From: Chiloscyllium plagiosum
Taxonomy: Eukaryota
DNA length: 45,006 bases
Assembly: GCF_004010195.1 (NCBI RefSeq)
Contig: NC_057728.1
Coordinates: forward strand, 51,899,444 to 51,944,449
Reading direction: 5' to 3'
Part shown: positions 22,641 through 35,224 of the stretch, one piece after another
Layout: every line of letters starts with the position of its first letter
Numbering within the stretch: the stretch's first letter is position 1
Notes under the pieces: generated by a model
Database searches by the model: none
The model's input: the letters and a program-made list of their open reading frames with translations, nothing else
Told to the model about the DNA's origin: nothing
Translations under genes and position numbers: made by a program

Positions 22641-25485
22641 GGTGATAGCAAACATACTTCAGTAAGATTTAAGGATATGGATAAGGACAGAGATTGACAG
22701 AATAAAAAGGTTCTGAATTGGAGAAGATGGGACACGATTTGGCAACAGTGGACTGGGAGCAGCCATTCGAAGGAAAATCTACATCAAAGCAGGGGGAGAT
22801 TTTACAACAGGTAATAGTGAGAGTACAGGGCCAACATGTTCCCAGCAAGGGGAATAGCGAGACCAAAATTTCCATGGAATCTTGGATATCAAGGGCTGTG
22901 CAGGATTGGATAAGAAAAGAAAAAAATAAGCTGATGATAATTACTGAAGGCTCAAAACAACCCATGTCCTAGAGGAATAAAGAAAGTGCAGGGGGTAATT
23001 AAAAAAAAGTTAGGACAATAAAGGGGAACATGAAAAAGCATTGGTGTGTAACATTAAGGAAAATCCCAAGGCATTTTTTAAGTATAATAGGGGCAAAAGA
23101 ATAACCAGGAAAAGAGCAGGGTCCAATGTATATGTGGAGCTGGAAGAAACAACTGAAGTTTCAAATGTATTTTGCATCTGTATGTATAGTAGAGCAGGAC
23201 AATATAGGCATAGAAATCACGGTGTTATGTTTGAATGATTTAGCATTGAGATAGAAGAGATATTAATAGTTTTAGTCAGCTTGAAAGTGGATAAATTCCC
23301 AGGCCCAGGTGAGTGCATCCAAGGCTGCTGTGGGAGATTAGGGACAAAATTTCAGGGTTCTAACATTCATTGTCAAATTCTCTCTGGACTCAGGAGGACA
23401 GCTAGTGTATGAAAGGTGATAGAGATAAACAAGGAAATTACATACCGGTGAGTCTAACATTTATACTGGAAAACTATTTGGAAAAAAAATCTGAGGGACA
23501 GAATTAATCTCCAAATGGACCAGGCAAGGATTGATTAATTAGGATAACGTGGTTTTATAAGGGGGAGATCATGTCTAACCAGTAGATTGAATTTTTTGAG
23601 GAAATGAATAGGCATATATAAGTGAGGGTAGTCAAGTTAGTTTAGTCTACACAGACTTAATAAGGTTTCTGATGAGGTCGCATATGACAGACTAGTTAAG
23701 ATGCTAAGAGTCCATGGGACCCAGCGCAGTTTGGCAAATTGGATCCGAAATTTGCTTAGTGGAAGGAAGCCGAGGATAATGGTCCAAGAACATTTTTGTG
23801 ATTGGAAGCCTGTGTCAATGGGTTGATGCTGGATTCATTCCTTGTTGTTGGTTGTGTACATTAATAATCTAGACACGAGTGTAGGAGATATGATCAGGAA
23901 GTTTGCAGATGATACAAGAATTGGTGATGTGGGAAATAGTGAGGGGGAAAGCTGTGGAAGACAAAATGATATAAACAGGCTGGTCAGATTGGCTGAACAG
24001 TGGCAATTAGAATTTGATCCTGAATGATGTGAGGTGATGTTTGGGAAGGCTAACAAGACAAGGAAGTACTTAACGAATAGTAGAACCTGAGGAAGTTCAG
24101 AGAATCAGAAGGACCTTCGTATGCATGTCCATAGATGCTTGAAGGACAGCTAAAAACAAAAGGGATCTGGGTGTACAAGTACCTAGTTCCCTCAAAGTTG
24201 CCACCCAAGTGGATAAGGTTGTTAAGAAAGCATATGGTGTTTTGGCTTTCATTAACAGGGGGATCAAGTTTAAGAGCCGCGAAGTTTTGCTGTAGCTCTA
24301 CAAGTCCCTGGTGAGACCACACTTGGAATATTGTGTCCAGTTCTGGTCGCCTTACTATAGGAAAGATACAGAGGCTTTGGAGAGGGTGCAAAGAAGGTTT
24401 ACCAGGATGCTGCCTGGACTGGAGGGCTTGCCTTACGAAGAAAGGTTGAATAAGCCCGGACTTTTCTCTCTGGAGAGGAGGAGGAAGAGAGGAAACCTGA
24501 TCGAGGTGTACAAAATAATGAGTGGAATAGATAGAGTCAATAGCCAAAGACGTTTCCCCAGGGCAGGACTGACTGATATGAGGAGTTATAGTTTGAAGAT
24601 ATTTGGTGGAAGGTATAAAGGAAACGTCAGAGGTAGGTTCTTTACACAGAGTTGTGAATGCATGGAATGCGTTGCCAGCTGTGGTGGTGGAAGCAGAGTC
24701 ATTAGGGTCATTTAAGCAACTGCTGGACATGCACATGGATAGCAGTGAGTTGAGGGGTGCATAGGTTAAGTTACTGTATCTTACATTAGGATTAAACCTC
24801 GGCACAACATCGTGGGCCAAAGGGCCTGTTCTGTGCTGTACTTTTCTATGTTCTATGTCCTGTGTTCTAACAGATGGTTAAGAAGGCATATGAGATACTT
24901 GCCTGGGTTAGGCAAGACAGTGAATGTAAGAGTTAGGTGGTTATGTTGGAACTGTACATAACACTAGTTAAACCATAGCGAGAGGACTGTGTGCAGTGCT
25001 TATTGCTACACTATAGGGAGGATGTGATTGCACCAGAGTAACAGGAGATTCACCAGGATATTGCCTGGGTTATGAAAAGAGACTGGATGAGTTGGGTTGT
25101 TTTTCTAAGAGCATAGAAGGCTGAAGGCGGAATCTGATTGAGGTGTACAAAGTTCTGAGGGACATACCCAGGGTAGGTGGGGAGAAACTTGTGCTGTTGG
25201 TAGAAGAATCAATAAACAGGTGACACAGTTTTAAAATAAGAAGCAGAAGGTTTAGATGGGATTTGTGGATTTATTTTCACCCAGAGGGTGGTGGGTATCT
25301 AGAACTCACTGTCTAAAGAGGTGGCCGAAGCAGGAATCTTCAAGACCGTTTGTGAAGAATTTTGATGAGTATTTGAATTGCAAACAAGGCTAAGGGCCAA
25401 GTGTTGGAAAACAGGATTAGAGTAGACAGATGTTTAATGACCAGCATGAACATGTTGGGATGATCGACCTCTTTGCATGACGTCA
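22641..25485 (+). mobile_element. Old CR1 LINE ORF2 fragment, interrupted by a younger CR1
   Basis: IKENPKAFFKY, KVDKFPGP, VYINNLD..IRKFADDTRIG; C-terminal part resumes after ~24870. Confidence 0.9.
24150..24868 (+). mobile_element. Younger CR1 3' fragment nested in the older CR1
   Basis: [36 protein letters not shown] and its own tail gggccaaagggcctgttctgtgctgtac..ttctatgttctatg. Confidence 0.92.
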
Positions 25486-25589
25486 AAACTTAATGGCTCT
25501 AAAATAACTAACCCGCGGAGTTAATCAATCCCTGATGCATGATTGATCATTAGGCCATTAACATTAACATGACACGGTGAGCAGCAGGG

Positions 25590-25711
25590 CAAAACATCAT
25601 GCGAGGAGCAGGAAAATCGACGTTTTGGGAAAAATCCCTTCATCAGGAATGTCCAAAACATCGATTTTCCTGCTCCTCGGATGCTGCCTGACCTGCTGTG
25701 CTTTTCCAGCA
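25590..25711. mobile_element. Penelope-terminus fold-back element
   Basis: gaggagcaggaaaatcgacgttttgg / ccaaaacatcgattttcctgctcctc arms. Minus strand CTGATGAAGGGAttttTCCCAAAACGTC. Confidence 0.82.
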
Positions 25712-25863
25712 TGTATAAGCAAGGGTAGTCAAGCTAGTGTAGTCTACACAGACTTCGACCACACTGTCAAACTTGTGGAAAACATCAATGACGTCAAGTT
25801 GTCTAAAGTGCTTGTAAACATTCAGATTATCAGTCCTCGGAAAAGAGATGATAATTTTGTTAT

Positions 25864-26135
25864 TTGCTAAGATTGACAAAGGAAAAGGTATCAATATACT
25901 ATCTCATGAATTCTAAAAACCTGTACCCAGACATCGGAAGAAATGGTGAAATCTATGTATGCAAAACTGCTAACATACAATGCTTCACCAATTGCACATG
26001 CAGGATCAATTATGCTGAAGTGAAAGTACAAACAATCAGCCTGGACGTTGCAGATGTTCTGCATTGTAGACACTGCTAGTTCAACAATTGCAGATGTACC
26101 TGTGTGCTATGCCCTTGCACTATTCACAATCCATA
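25864..26135 (+). pseudogene. Gypsy LTR-retrotransposon aspartic protease remnant
   Basis: Manual translation across frameshifts: AKIDKGKGINILS..KLLTYNASPIAHAGSIML..KYK..FCIVDTASSTIADVPVCYALALFTIH, a decayed KIDTGA-N-LP protease pattern. Confidence 0.7.
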
Positions 26136-26924
26136 GAATGAGTCAAACATCAGAGAGATTCAAGAAACACATGAATATGAAAAAAGAATGGAGACACATC
26201 ACTTTCCTCCAAATTAGTGGAGTTAAAATCTCAGCTGTCTGAGGGACAGAGAAAAATATGAAGCACAAGAGGAAACGGTTGACCAACTAGTTCAGCATAA
26301 ATTCAGAGCAGAAGTTACCATCTCTGAGGTTACAAAATCTTTAGGAGGTACCTCACTAGGACGAGTTAACAGCTGAAAAAGGAAGGAAGCAGGATGAACT
26401 ACAATCTCATGACCAATGAAAATATGACCCATTTACAGCTGGAAAAATTCAGTAAAATAGATCAGACTCAGCAGATCCAGCTACAGAAACATCAGCTTGA
26501 GCTCAAAGCACTGCTAAAGAAAATGACAGAGACAAAAAAACTGCAGATGCTCAAATCCAAGGTAGACAGGTAGGAGGCTGGAAGAACACAGCAAGCCAGG
26601 CAGCATCAGGAGGTGGAGAGGTGTAATTGACAGAACAGGTGGAAGTGCACAACACATACAATAAGGAGCTGCAAATCATTAATGAGAGTCTTTTTGAAAA
26701 TAAATGCCAGCAAAAATGCTGTCATGGAACAACTAATGCAAAACATCAAGGATACCAAACAATCTCTGAAGCAGTTTGTGAAAAAAATATTGGTGTTAAA
26801 GAAAACCAAACAGAAAGAAACATTGAAGAGGCTGGACAGCTAATGGAGCAGATTATCAACATAATAAACTATACTGCACCAACAGAAGGATAAAACTTTG
26901 ATAAAATTAGAAGGATCCATGGGA

Positions 26925-27470
26925 ATATTGCATGCAATTCTGGTCTCCTTCCTATCGGAAAGATGTTGTGAACCTTGAAAGGGTTCAGAAAAGATTTACA
27001 AGGATGTTGTCAGGGTTGGAAGATTTGATCTATAGGGAGAGGCTGAACAGGCTGGGGACTGTTTTCCCTGGAGCGTGGTAGGCTGAGGGGTGACCTTATA
27101 GAAGTTTATAAAATCATGAGGGGTATGGATAGGATAAATAGACAAAGTCTTTTCCCTGGGGTCGGGGAGTCCAGAACTATAGGGCATAGGTTTAGGGTGA
27201 GAATGGAAAAATATAAAAGAGACCTTCGGGGCAACTTTTTCACACAGAGGGTTGTACGTGTACGGAATGAGCTGCCAGAGGATGTGGTGGAGGCTGGTAC
27301 AATTGCAGCATTTAAAAGGCATTTATGAATGCCTTTTATATGAATAGGAAGGGTTTGGAGGGATATGGGCCGGGTGCTGCAGGTGGGATTAGATTGGGTT
27401 GGGATATCTGGTCGGCATGGACCAAAGGATCTGTTTCCATGCTGTACATCTCTATGTCTCTATGACTCTA
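26925..27470 (+). mobile_element. CR1 LINE 3' end
   Basis: EYCMQFWSPSYRKDVVNLERVQKRFTRML..MRGMDRINRQSLFP..NFFTQRVV and a tctatgactct tail. Confidence 0.93.
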
Positions 27471-27547
27471 AAAACTTCAAAACAAATTTGAAACTCTTAA
27501 GGAACAAAACAATAAGTTCTTGAAACGGCTGAGATACATTTCAATTA

Positions 27548-28100
27548 TAGAGTCATAGAGTCATAGAAATATACAACACGAAAACACACCCTTCGGTCCA
27601 ATTTGGAGAAAGTGAGGTCTGCAGATGTTGGAGATCAGAGTCGAGAGTGTGGTGCTGGAAAAGCACAGCAGGTCAGGCAGCATCCAAGGAGCAGAAGAAC
27701 CGACGTTTCAGGCCAGAGCTCTTCATCAGGAATTTCCACTAAACCCTTCCTAATCATATGCCTTTTAAATGTTATATTGTACCAGCCTCCATCACTTCCT
27801 CTGGCAGCTCATTCCATAAATGCACCACCCTCTGTGTGGAAAAGTTGTCCCTTAGGTCTTTTTTATATCTTTCCCCTTTCACTCAACCTATGCCCTCTAA
27901 TTCTGGACTCCCCACCCAAGGGAAAAGATCTTGTCTGTCTATCCTATCCATGCCCCTCATGATCTTATAAACCTCTATAAGGTCACCCCTCAGCCTCCAA
28001 TGTTCCAGGGAAAACAGCCCCAGCCTGTTCAGCTCAAAACCTATAGCTCAAAACCTCCAACCCATTGAGTCATACAGCATGGAAACAGGCCCTTTGGTCG
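27548..28100 (-). mobile_element. CR1 3' end(s), interrupted by a Penelope terminus at 27605-27733
   Basis: tagagtcatagagtcatag tail and reverse complement of 26925-27470. The insert matches the 2820-2900 terminus. Confidence 0.88.
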
Positions 28101-28262
28101 AACACTCATTGCTAATCTGATATAAAACCTGGCTGTACTCCATCAGGATAAGGAAATTCTGGAACTGCAACTGGAGCAGTAGTCCAAGAAAGGAAAACTA
28201 GATGATACAAATTAGATGAACAGACCACACCACTGATGATTGCTGACTCCAGCCAAATCATC

Positions 28263-28619
28263 ATCGCGTGATCAGGACATATTAGCAAATTACCTATGCA
28301 TAAGAGACTGATGGTTATTATAGCAAATGCTTTTTTGCAAGTGCTTAAACTTAATGTTTGGAAAGGAGGGGCTGTTGCATATATATTTTGCCTTTAAGAG
28401 AGTTCACTGTAAGAACTCCATGTGTTGTGTATATGCAATGCTGTGACTTTGCCTGTCATTATTCTGCAAGCTGCACACTCAAAAATCTGTTAGTTTGCTG
28501 TAATTTCTGCTTCATAACTTCTAATGTGCTTTACTGTTTAAAATAAACTAACCCACAGAGTTAATCGATCCCTGATTGGTTATCAGATCATTACAACTAA
28601 TATGTCCTGATCACGCGAT
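28263..28619. mobile_element. 357-bp element bounded by a perfect 23-bp inverted repeat (MITE or solo LTR)
   Basis: atcgcgtgatcaggacatattag (28263-28285) and ctaatatgtcctgatcacgcgat (28597-28619). Confidence 0.7.
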
Positions 28620-28629
28620 CATCTTTCTG

Positions 28630-28820
28630 TTGTTGTCTCACTTACTCTCTCCTTGTCTTTCTATCCCTCTTTCCCTGTCTCAGTCTCCTTTTCTCCTTTT
28701 ACCACACACTCTCTCTTTCCATCTTCTACACTTTCACCTTTCCTGCCTCTCTCTGTCACTGTCTTCCCCCCTCCTCCCTCCCTCTCTCTTTCTCTCATCC
28801 TGTCTTTCAGTCTCACCTTG
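28630..28820. repeat. CT-rich low-complexity tract
   Basis: Visible pyrimidine runs. Confidence 0.85.
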
Positions 28821-29279
28821 TGGTAAAATGTGACACATGAAATCATGAGCAATCTAACTGCTCATATAACCCTGACATCCATAACGGAAAGGCAACAGTC
28901 TGGAATGAGCATGTGCATAGAGAGGTCTTAGACACTACACTAGACAACTGTGTCTCAGAATCACGTGTGTTCAGATGTAAATAAAGGAATGCTACATAAG
29001 GACTAGAAGAGTTTTATTCAGTGATAAGGAGCAAGCAGCCTTAGGGACAATGTAGATGTGGAGCCCTGGAGCCCGAGATGCTCCAGACTGGGATGTGAAT
29101 CTGGCTTGAAGCAAAAGATGAATAACCACAGTAGTTAAGAAAAAAACTTTCTGAGCCAGGATCTGAAATTAAATCAGGGACACAGCTAAAAAAGGAAGAC
29201 TCTGAAAGCAAGACTTCGGAATTTTTACGGTGTGTTATGAAATATCTATGACTGCTCAGCCACTGACACTCCACTTATT

Positions 29280-30620
29280 CCTTAATAATCCCGATCCTCT
29301 TCAGTCAACTCTTTCTTCAAATCTCTGTGGTTGCTCTAATTTAAGTTGATGAAACTGGTTTGAGACCTGCTTTGATCTCTCTCAGACTAAATTTGAAATT
29401 CTACCATGTTATAATTGCTACCCCCTACAGAACCCTTGACTAGGATATCTCTTGTTAATCCTACTTCTTTATAACCTTAATAGATCTGTTCTCGAGTACA
29501 TTCTGCAATGTACTGCTCTAAGAAATAATCCCTGATGCACTCTACAAATTTGTCTTCCATTTTACCCTTGATTGTCCAGTTGATAAGCACATTAAAATCA
29601 CACATGACCATTATGGTACCCTTCTTACACACCTCCATTATTTCCTGATTTATAATTTATCCTGTAGTTGACAAATCTTTAGGGGCCCACAGATGACTCC
29701 TAACTGTGACTTTGTTCCCTCCCTATTCCTTATTTCCATCCAAACCAGTTCTACATCATAGTATAAACACAAAGAACTGCAGATGCTGAAAATCTGAAAC
29801 AATAACATAGTGCTTGACAAACACAGCAGATCTGGCAGCATCTGTTGAGAGAGAAATGGAGTTAACGTTTCCAGTAACCCTTTCTCAGAACATTGGACTT
29901 AAAACATTTACTCTATTTTTCTCTAAAGAGATGCGGCCAGACCTGTTTCACATCACGACCTATTGTTCCTATATCACTACTCATCACCACACTAATATCT
30001 TCCTATATTAATGATACTACCCCATTCCCCTTCCTTTTCCAGAACTTCAAATGGCCTTGAATACTGAGATTCCAGTGCTGGCCACCTTGCAACCACATCT
30101 CTATAATAGCTATCAAGTTATATTCACTTATTTCCATTTGTGTCTTCAATTCACCTATTGTGTCACACATTCAGATAAAGCTTTCATTTTTTTTATTACT
30201 TACTGTGGTTATAATTTCTGTTGCACTCTTCTGCTTATACTTTTTCTACTTGCCTGTCACATTTAATTATTATTTGCCTCTTCACTACCCTAGGAGGAGA
30301 AAGTGAGGTCTGCAGATGCTGGAGATCAGAGCTGAAAATGTGTTGCGTCGATTCTCCTGTCCCCTGGATGCTGCCTGACCTGCTGCGCTTTTCCAGCAAC
30401 ACATTTTCAGCTCTTCACTACCCTAGACTTCTGCTCTCTCATTTTTTGTTAATCTCTTTAACTTCCCTTTAATTGAACCCCCTCCCCACCTAATTCATTT
30501 CAAACTTTATCTACAATTATTGTTAAATACCTCGCCAGGATACAAATCCCTGCATGACTCACAAACAGCTCATCCCAGCAGAACAATTCTCTTTTTTCCC
30601 ATTACTGGGGCCAGTGCCAC
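29280..30620 (-). mobile_element. Old CR1 endonuclease-region remnant with later Penelope-type insertions (29765-29945, 30294-30410)
   Basis: VELVWMEIRNREGTKSQLGVICGP and a decayed GDFN segment. Confidence 0.65.
30294..30410. mobile_element. Short Penelope-terminus insertion with a perfect 16-bp TSD
   Basis: ctcttcactaccctag at 30278-30293 and 30411-30426; internal inverted agctgaaaatgtgttgc / gcaacacattttcagct. Confidence 0.88.
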
Positions 30621-30639
30621 ATGAAAAGCATCTTTGGCA

Positions 30640-33003
30640 ATACATGACATTTTGTATAAGACAACATCCTTCTAGATTCAGTCTGATAAATTAGTTCAAA
30701 TGAGGGAAGGCATTAAACTCATGATGAACAATAACATTATTGAGCAGACTCATAGCATCTAGAGCTCACCTCTGATGGTTCTGAAACTGTCGGTCATAAA
30801 GATTTTGCATTGATTATCACAAAGTCAATGAACATTCAAATCCATAAGAAGAAGTAAGAATTAGATGAGCAGAATTTGTCGCTAAGATTGACTTGCTTAA
30901 AAGATATTGGCAAGTTCCATTGACTGATAGAGCCAAAGAAATTGCAGCTTTTGTAACACTGGATAGACTTTATTATTGTAAAGTCATACAATTTGGGATC
31001 AAAAAGACATCAACTACTTTTTAAACATTAACCAACAAAGTTATTGGAGGATTATATAACCTATATCTAATCTAATGTCTAATCTCTATATAATCTATAT
31101 ATTGTATGTCATCATAGAGTCATAGAGATGTACAGCATGGAAATAGACCCTTCAGTCCAACTCATCCATGCCGACCAGATATCCTAACCCAATCTAATCC
31201 AACCTGCCAGCACCTGGCTCATATCCCTCCAAACCCTTCCTATTCATATACCCATCCAAGTGCCTCTTTAATGTTTCTTCACTATCCTATCTACCTGCAA
31301 CTCCACTTTCAAGGAGCTTGAACCTGTCTTGATCATCAACTTGATTGTGATCAGCCAAACCTGGGACAAACATTAATATTACTTAGTTCACCTATTTGAT
31401 CAGTTACAAAGAACCGCGTGATCATAAATTTAGCTAGAACCACATTTGCCAATGCAAAAGTAACATACTTGAGCCACACTGTGAGACAGGTCAATTTTTA
31501 CATAGAGAAGCGAAAAGGTTTATTTTGGATTTTCCCACACCTAAGACAAAATATGAAATGCTCTGATATATTGGCATGTAGTGGATTTATTGGAAATTTA
31601 TTCTGAACTGCAGTATTGTAATGACACCTTGTCAAATTTATTGAAAGAAAACAGAAGAATTGAATGGATGGAGACTTTTAGAGTGCGTTTGACAATTTTA
31701 AAGCTGTTCTAACAACTATACTGGGTTTTGTCAGCATTGATTTATGAGGAGCCATTCAAACTGGCTGTCGATACCAATAGAATCAGCATTGTTGTGATTC
31801 TACCCCAAAAAGACAAGGTGGGGTTAAAACGGTCCTATCAGTTACTTTTCCCAAAAACTATTGTCTGTCAATAGAAATATTCGCTGGGATAGATTCTATA
31901 TCAATATGTAACATACAAATCCAATAACTCTGAAGAGACTACTATTTATACAGTCTACAATCTGTTAGTTATTTTTAAAACAAAGACTGTATTGTTGCAT
32001 TTAATGATACAACCATACAATTTAAAAATTTGTGTATCTGGCAAGGACAATGCTATAAGAATGCTTTCTCAACAGCAAACATGAAGAAAACTGAATGCAG
32101 TGATCAGTATGTATTTAATGTAAATATGTTACTACTTGTAATGCAGCATAGAAATAGCAATAGTAAATGTTGACAGAAAATCAACATGCCTACTAAGGAT
32201 TTTATATTACTGGGGGAGATGTGATGCGAAGTTTGTATTATATATATTAAAGTTTGAACACTTAAAATAGAGGCAGATAGTTGTGGGTTTGCTCTGTGAT
32301 AGTAACTTTTCTTATAGAGGTCAGATAATCACTTGGAACAGTGATCTAAATGCATCAATTCCAAAAAGATATGTGAGTTCAATCAAGTGCTTGGAAGAAT
32401 CTCTGTGGCATTAATGGTTGGGATACCAGCATTGTTGTGTTTGTAGCAAACCAGAAAAACAACAATTTAGTTTGGACTTCAATACAGAAGGTTCAAGGTC
32501 TCAGGTCAGAAGGGAGCGCAATCTCTCGGCGCAGAGAAATGAGTCACCCGAGTCAAAGTGTTTCAGTTGGTGGAGCTTCTAAGATTGGAGAGTTTGGTTA
32601 TAAATGCTGAAGTTTATTAGAACTGAAAAAGTTTAGGCCATCAGAATTGTGAAAGGCTAGTGCAAACAGTCTCAAAAAAGATTTGTAAATCTGTCTCCAC
32701 AGTCCATGGAAAAGGAACTGGGAAGACCCAATTAAAGCATTGAGAAAGGAGTGAAATGTCTCTGGAATGGTGTATCTGTAAAAGCATAGAGTTGAAGAAC
32801 AGATTGAGACACTGTATTGCTGTTTAGATTAAGATATTCTTAACTGTGTTTTGTATACATAGTTTTGTTTGATTTTTGTGTCAAACTTACATCCAGTTGT
32901 TAAAGAGCATCTGCAGACTCATGTGAATATGATTCAGTGGCAAAGCAAGTGCAAAAATGAAATGTATCAAGCCCAGGTCCTCATTTGGGAGTGACGAGTC
33001 ACA
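30640..33003 (+). mobile_element. Gypsy LTR retrotransposon remnant: RT, RNase H, PPT and 3' LTR
   Basis: RFCIDYHKVN; KIDLLKRYWQVPLTDRAKEIAAFVTLDRLYYCKVIQFG; INLARTTFANAKVTYLSH; PFKLAVD; GKDN. Purine tract gggggaga at 32212-32219 then TGTGA at 32220. Interrupted by a CR1 tail at ~31110-31325. Confidence 0.85.
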
Positions 33004-33199
33004 AGTGGATTTGTGCTGATAAAATACCCCGAGCTGAAACAGTATTTGACAATAGGAGAAGGTTTATTGGTGTGAATAAAGAATGGACAAACCAATGTTG
33101 GTGTGAAGAGAAATCCTACAGAAACGACACAGGGAACACGTAGGTATCAGGAAGTGCAGAGCACAATCAGTGTGGGGGCTAGACGATTTGAAAGGTATA

Positions 33200-34200
33200 A
33201 AGGATTACATTTTGACAAACCAAATATGTGCCGTACATGTCCAGTGTCTCCCGAGTCAATGATATCCTCAAGATTTCCAGAGAAGCCATGGGCAAGGCGA
33301 ACAATGGATTCGTTTCATTTTAGAGGAAAGATGTATTTATTCTTTATCGATATTTATTCAGGATGGATTGATGTATCAGGATGTCATGTAACTACAGCAG
33401 AACACTGTAAAGGAACTTTACAATACACTGCTTCCTTTTTTTTTAATCAATTCACAGGATGTGGACTTTACTGGTTAGGCCAGCATTTATTACCCATCCC
33501 TAATTGCCCAGCGGGCAGCTAAGTGCTGTGGGTCTGGAGTCACATCGAGGCCAGACCAAGTAAGGATGGCAGAGTTTCTTCTCTTAGGACATTAACGAAC
33601 CAGGTGGGTTTTTTCCTGACAACTGACAATGGTTTCATGGTCATCATTAGACCCTTAACTCCAGATATTTATTGAAGTCAAATTCCAATATCTGCCATGA
33701 CCCGGGTCCTGAGCACATTACATAGGTCTCTGGATTAACACGAATGAATTAGTATCAAACAATAGGTGTCAGTTTATGAATGAGGATTTGAGTAACCTCA
33801 CTTTGATCAAGGGATCAATCAAGTGACACATTCTCAATTCTCCATTCCTCAGTTGACAAAGAGATACAAAGTGTAGTCAAATCTGCAAAGTCGTTGATGA
33901 AGAGGTATCCGGTCTGAGAATTAGCCGTCCTGAGCTCCAGAACAACACCATTGAATAATAAAACCACTCGCCAGCAGAATTATTAATGGGGTGGAGGTTA
34001 TAAATGGGTGTACCAGTTTTACAACACAACCTCCAACTAATCATCACCTCCCTAGAACATGGAAAGATGATACAACTGGAGAAAAACCATATCAAAATGT
34101 GACAGAGTTGATAAAAGTCTGGACTCAATGCAAACATTCTTTCAACAGGACAGAAAGTCAAGTCAAGAGACAGGCAGCCAGAAACTGGGAAATCAGAAAA
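33200..34200 (+). pseudogene. Gypsy integrase remnant (separate element), split by a SINE
   Basis: CRTC..PEKPWARRTMDSFHFRGKMYLFFIDIYSGWIDV, then ELVSNNRCQF (decayed SDNGPQF) after 33740. Confidence 0.8.
33445..33740 (-). mobile_element. SINE family A
   Basis: ggccagcatttattacccatccctaattgccc..gggtctggagtcacat..catggtcatcattag. Confidence 0.85.
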
Positions 34201-34254
34201 ACAAAGCAGTTGAATCTTAGGTTCTCAGAAGGAAGAGTAAGGCATTCATTTTAC

Positions 34255-34815
34255 TTGAGTCCATATGGGACAATCATCCCTATAGCACATTCCCAAATAT
34301 CAAGATCGTGGGGGTTACTATTAACAAGAAAATTAACTGGACCAGCCGTATAAATCGTGTCAACAAGAGATAATCAGAGGCTAGGAATCCTGCAGCAAGT
34401 TACTCACCTCCTGACTCTCCAAAGTCTATCCACCAGCTTTAAAGCAGGAGTGTGATGGAATACTCTCCGTTTGCCTTGAGGGGTGCAGCTCCAACAACAA
34501 TCAAGGAGCTCAACAGCATCTAGGACAACTTCACTAGCAACCCCATCTACCACCTTCTGCATTCACACCCTTGACACATAGTAGCAGCCGTGTGTACCAA
34601 TTGCAAGATGCATTGAAATAACCCACTAAGTGTCCTCGGACAGCACCTTCCAAACCTGCAATATTGGTCATCTAGAAGGACAAGGGCAGGTGGGAATGCC
34701 ATCACCTGTGAGTTCCCCTGTAAGTCACACACCATTCTAACCTGGAAATATATCAGCATCCATTCACTGCTGCTGAGAGAAAATGCTGTAACTCTAACCC
34801 TTAGAACACTGTGTG
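34255..34815 (+). mobile_element. L2-clade LINE 3' fragment
   Basis: cagaggctaggaatcctgcagcaagttactcacctcctgactc..ggagtgtgatggaatactctcc..gcagctccaacaac; homologous to 19095-19510. Confidence 0.8.
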
Positions 34816-35224
34816 CGTATGTTATAAAGGCCTGATTACATGGCCTGTGGTGGGGAGTCAGGGAGAATCATTTGAGAAGTCCAGTGAGGCCTTTCTCAAC
34901 ATCAGAAGCAACTGGTTACTTTTTATTTAAACTCAGTTCTGGACATTGGGACGAGAATCTCACTAGGAAGGGATGAGTTGTCTAATATGAGGAACTGCTC
35001 CTTGTTAATGACCTTATTAACTGCACAGCTCCTCTCCTAATATGCAGCTTTCTATCCTAGTAACTGCCATAAGAAAACTAGATATCAATAATTCATAGCA
35101 AAAGTCAGAATGGCTCGCTGAGTTTGAACTATCTCGATGCTCACTGTGTCCCTGCCTTGTCTCTTACACCTTGCCCCTCAGACAGAGATACCAGGGTCCC
35201 AGGATTACTGTATCGCAAGCACAG

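Noticed and set aside
24050..24820. 256-aa minus-strand ORF
   Set aside because: It is the antisense shadow of the CR1 ORF2 C-terminus.
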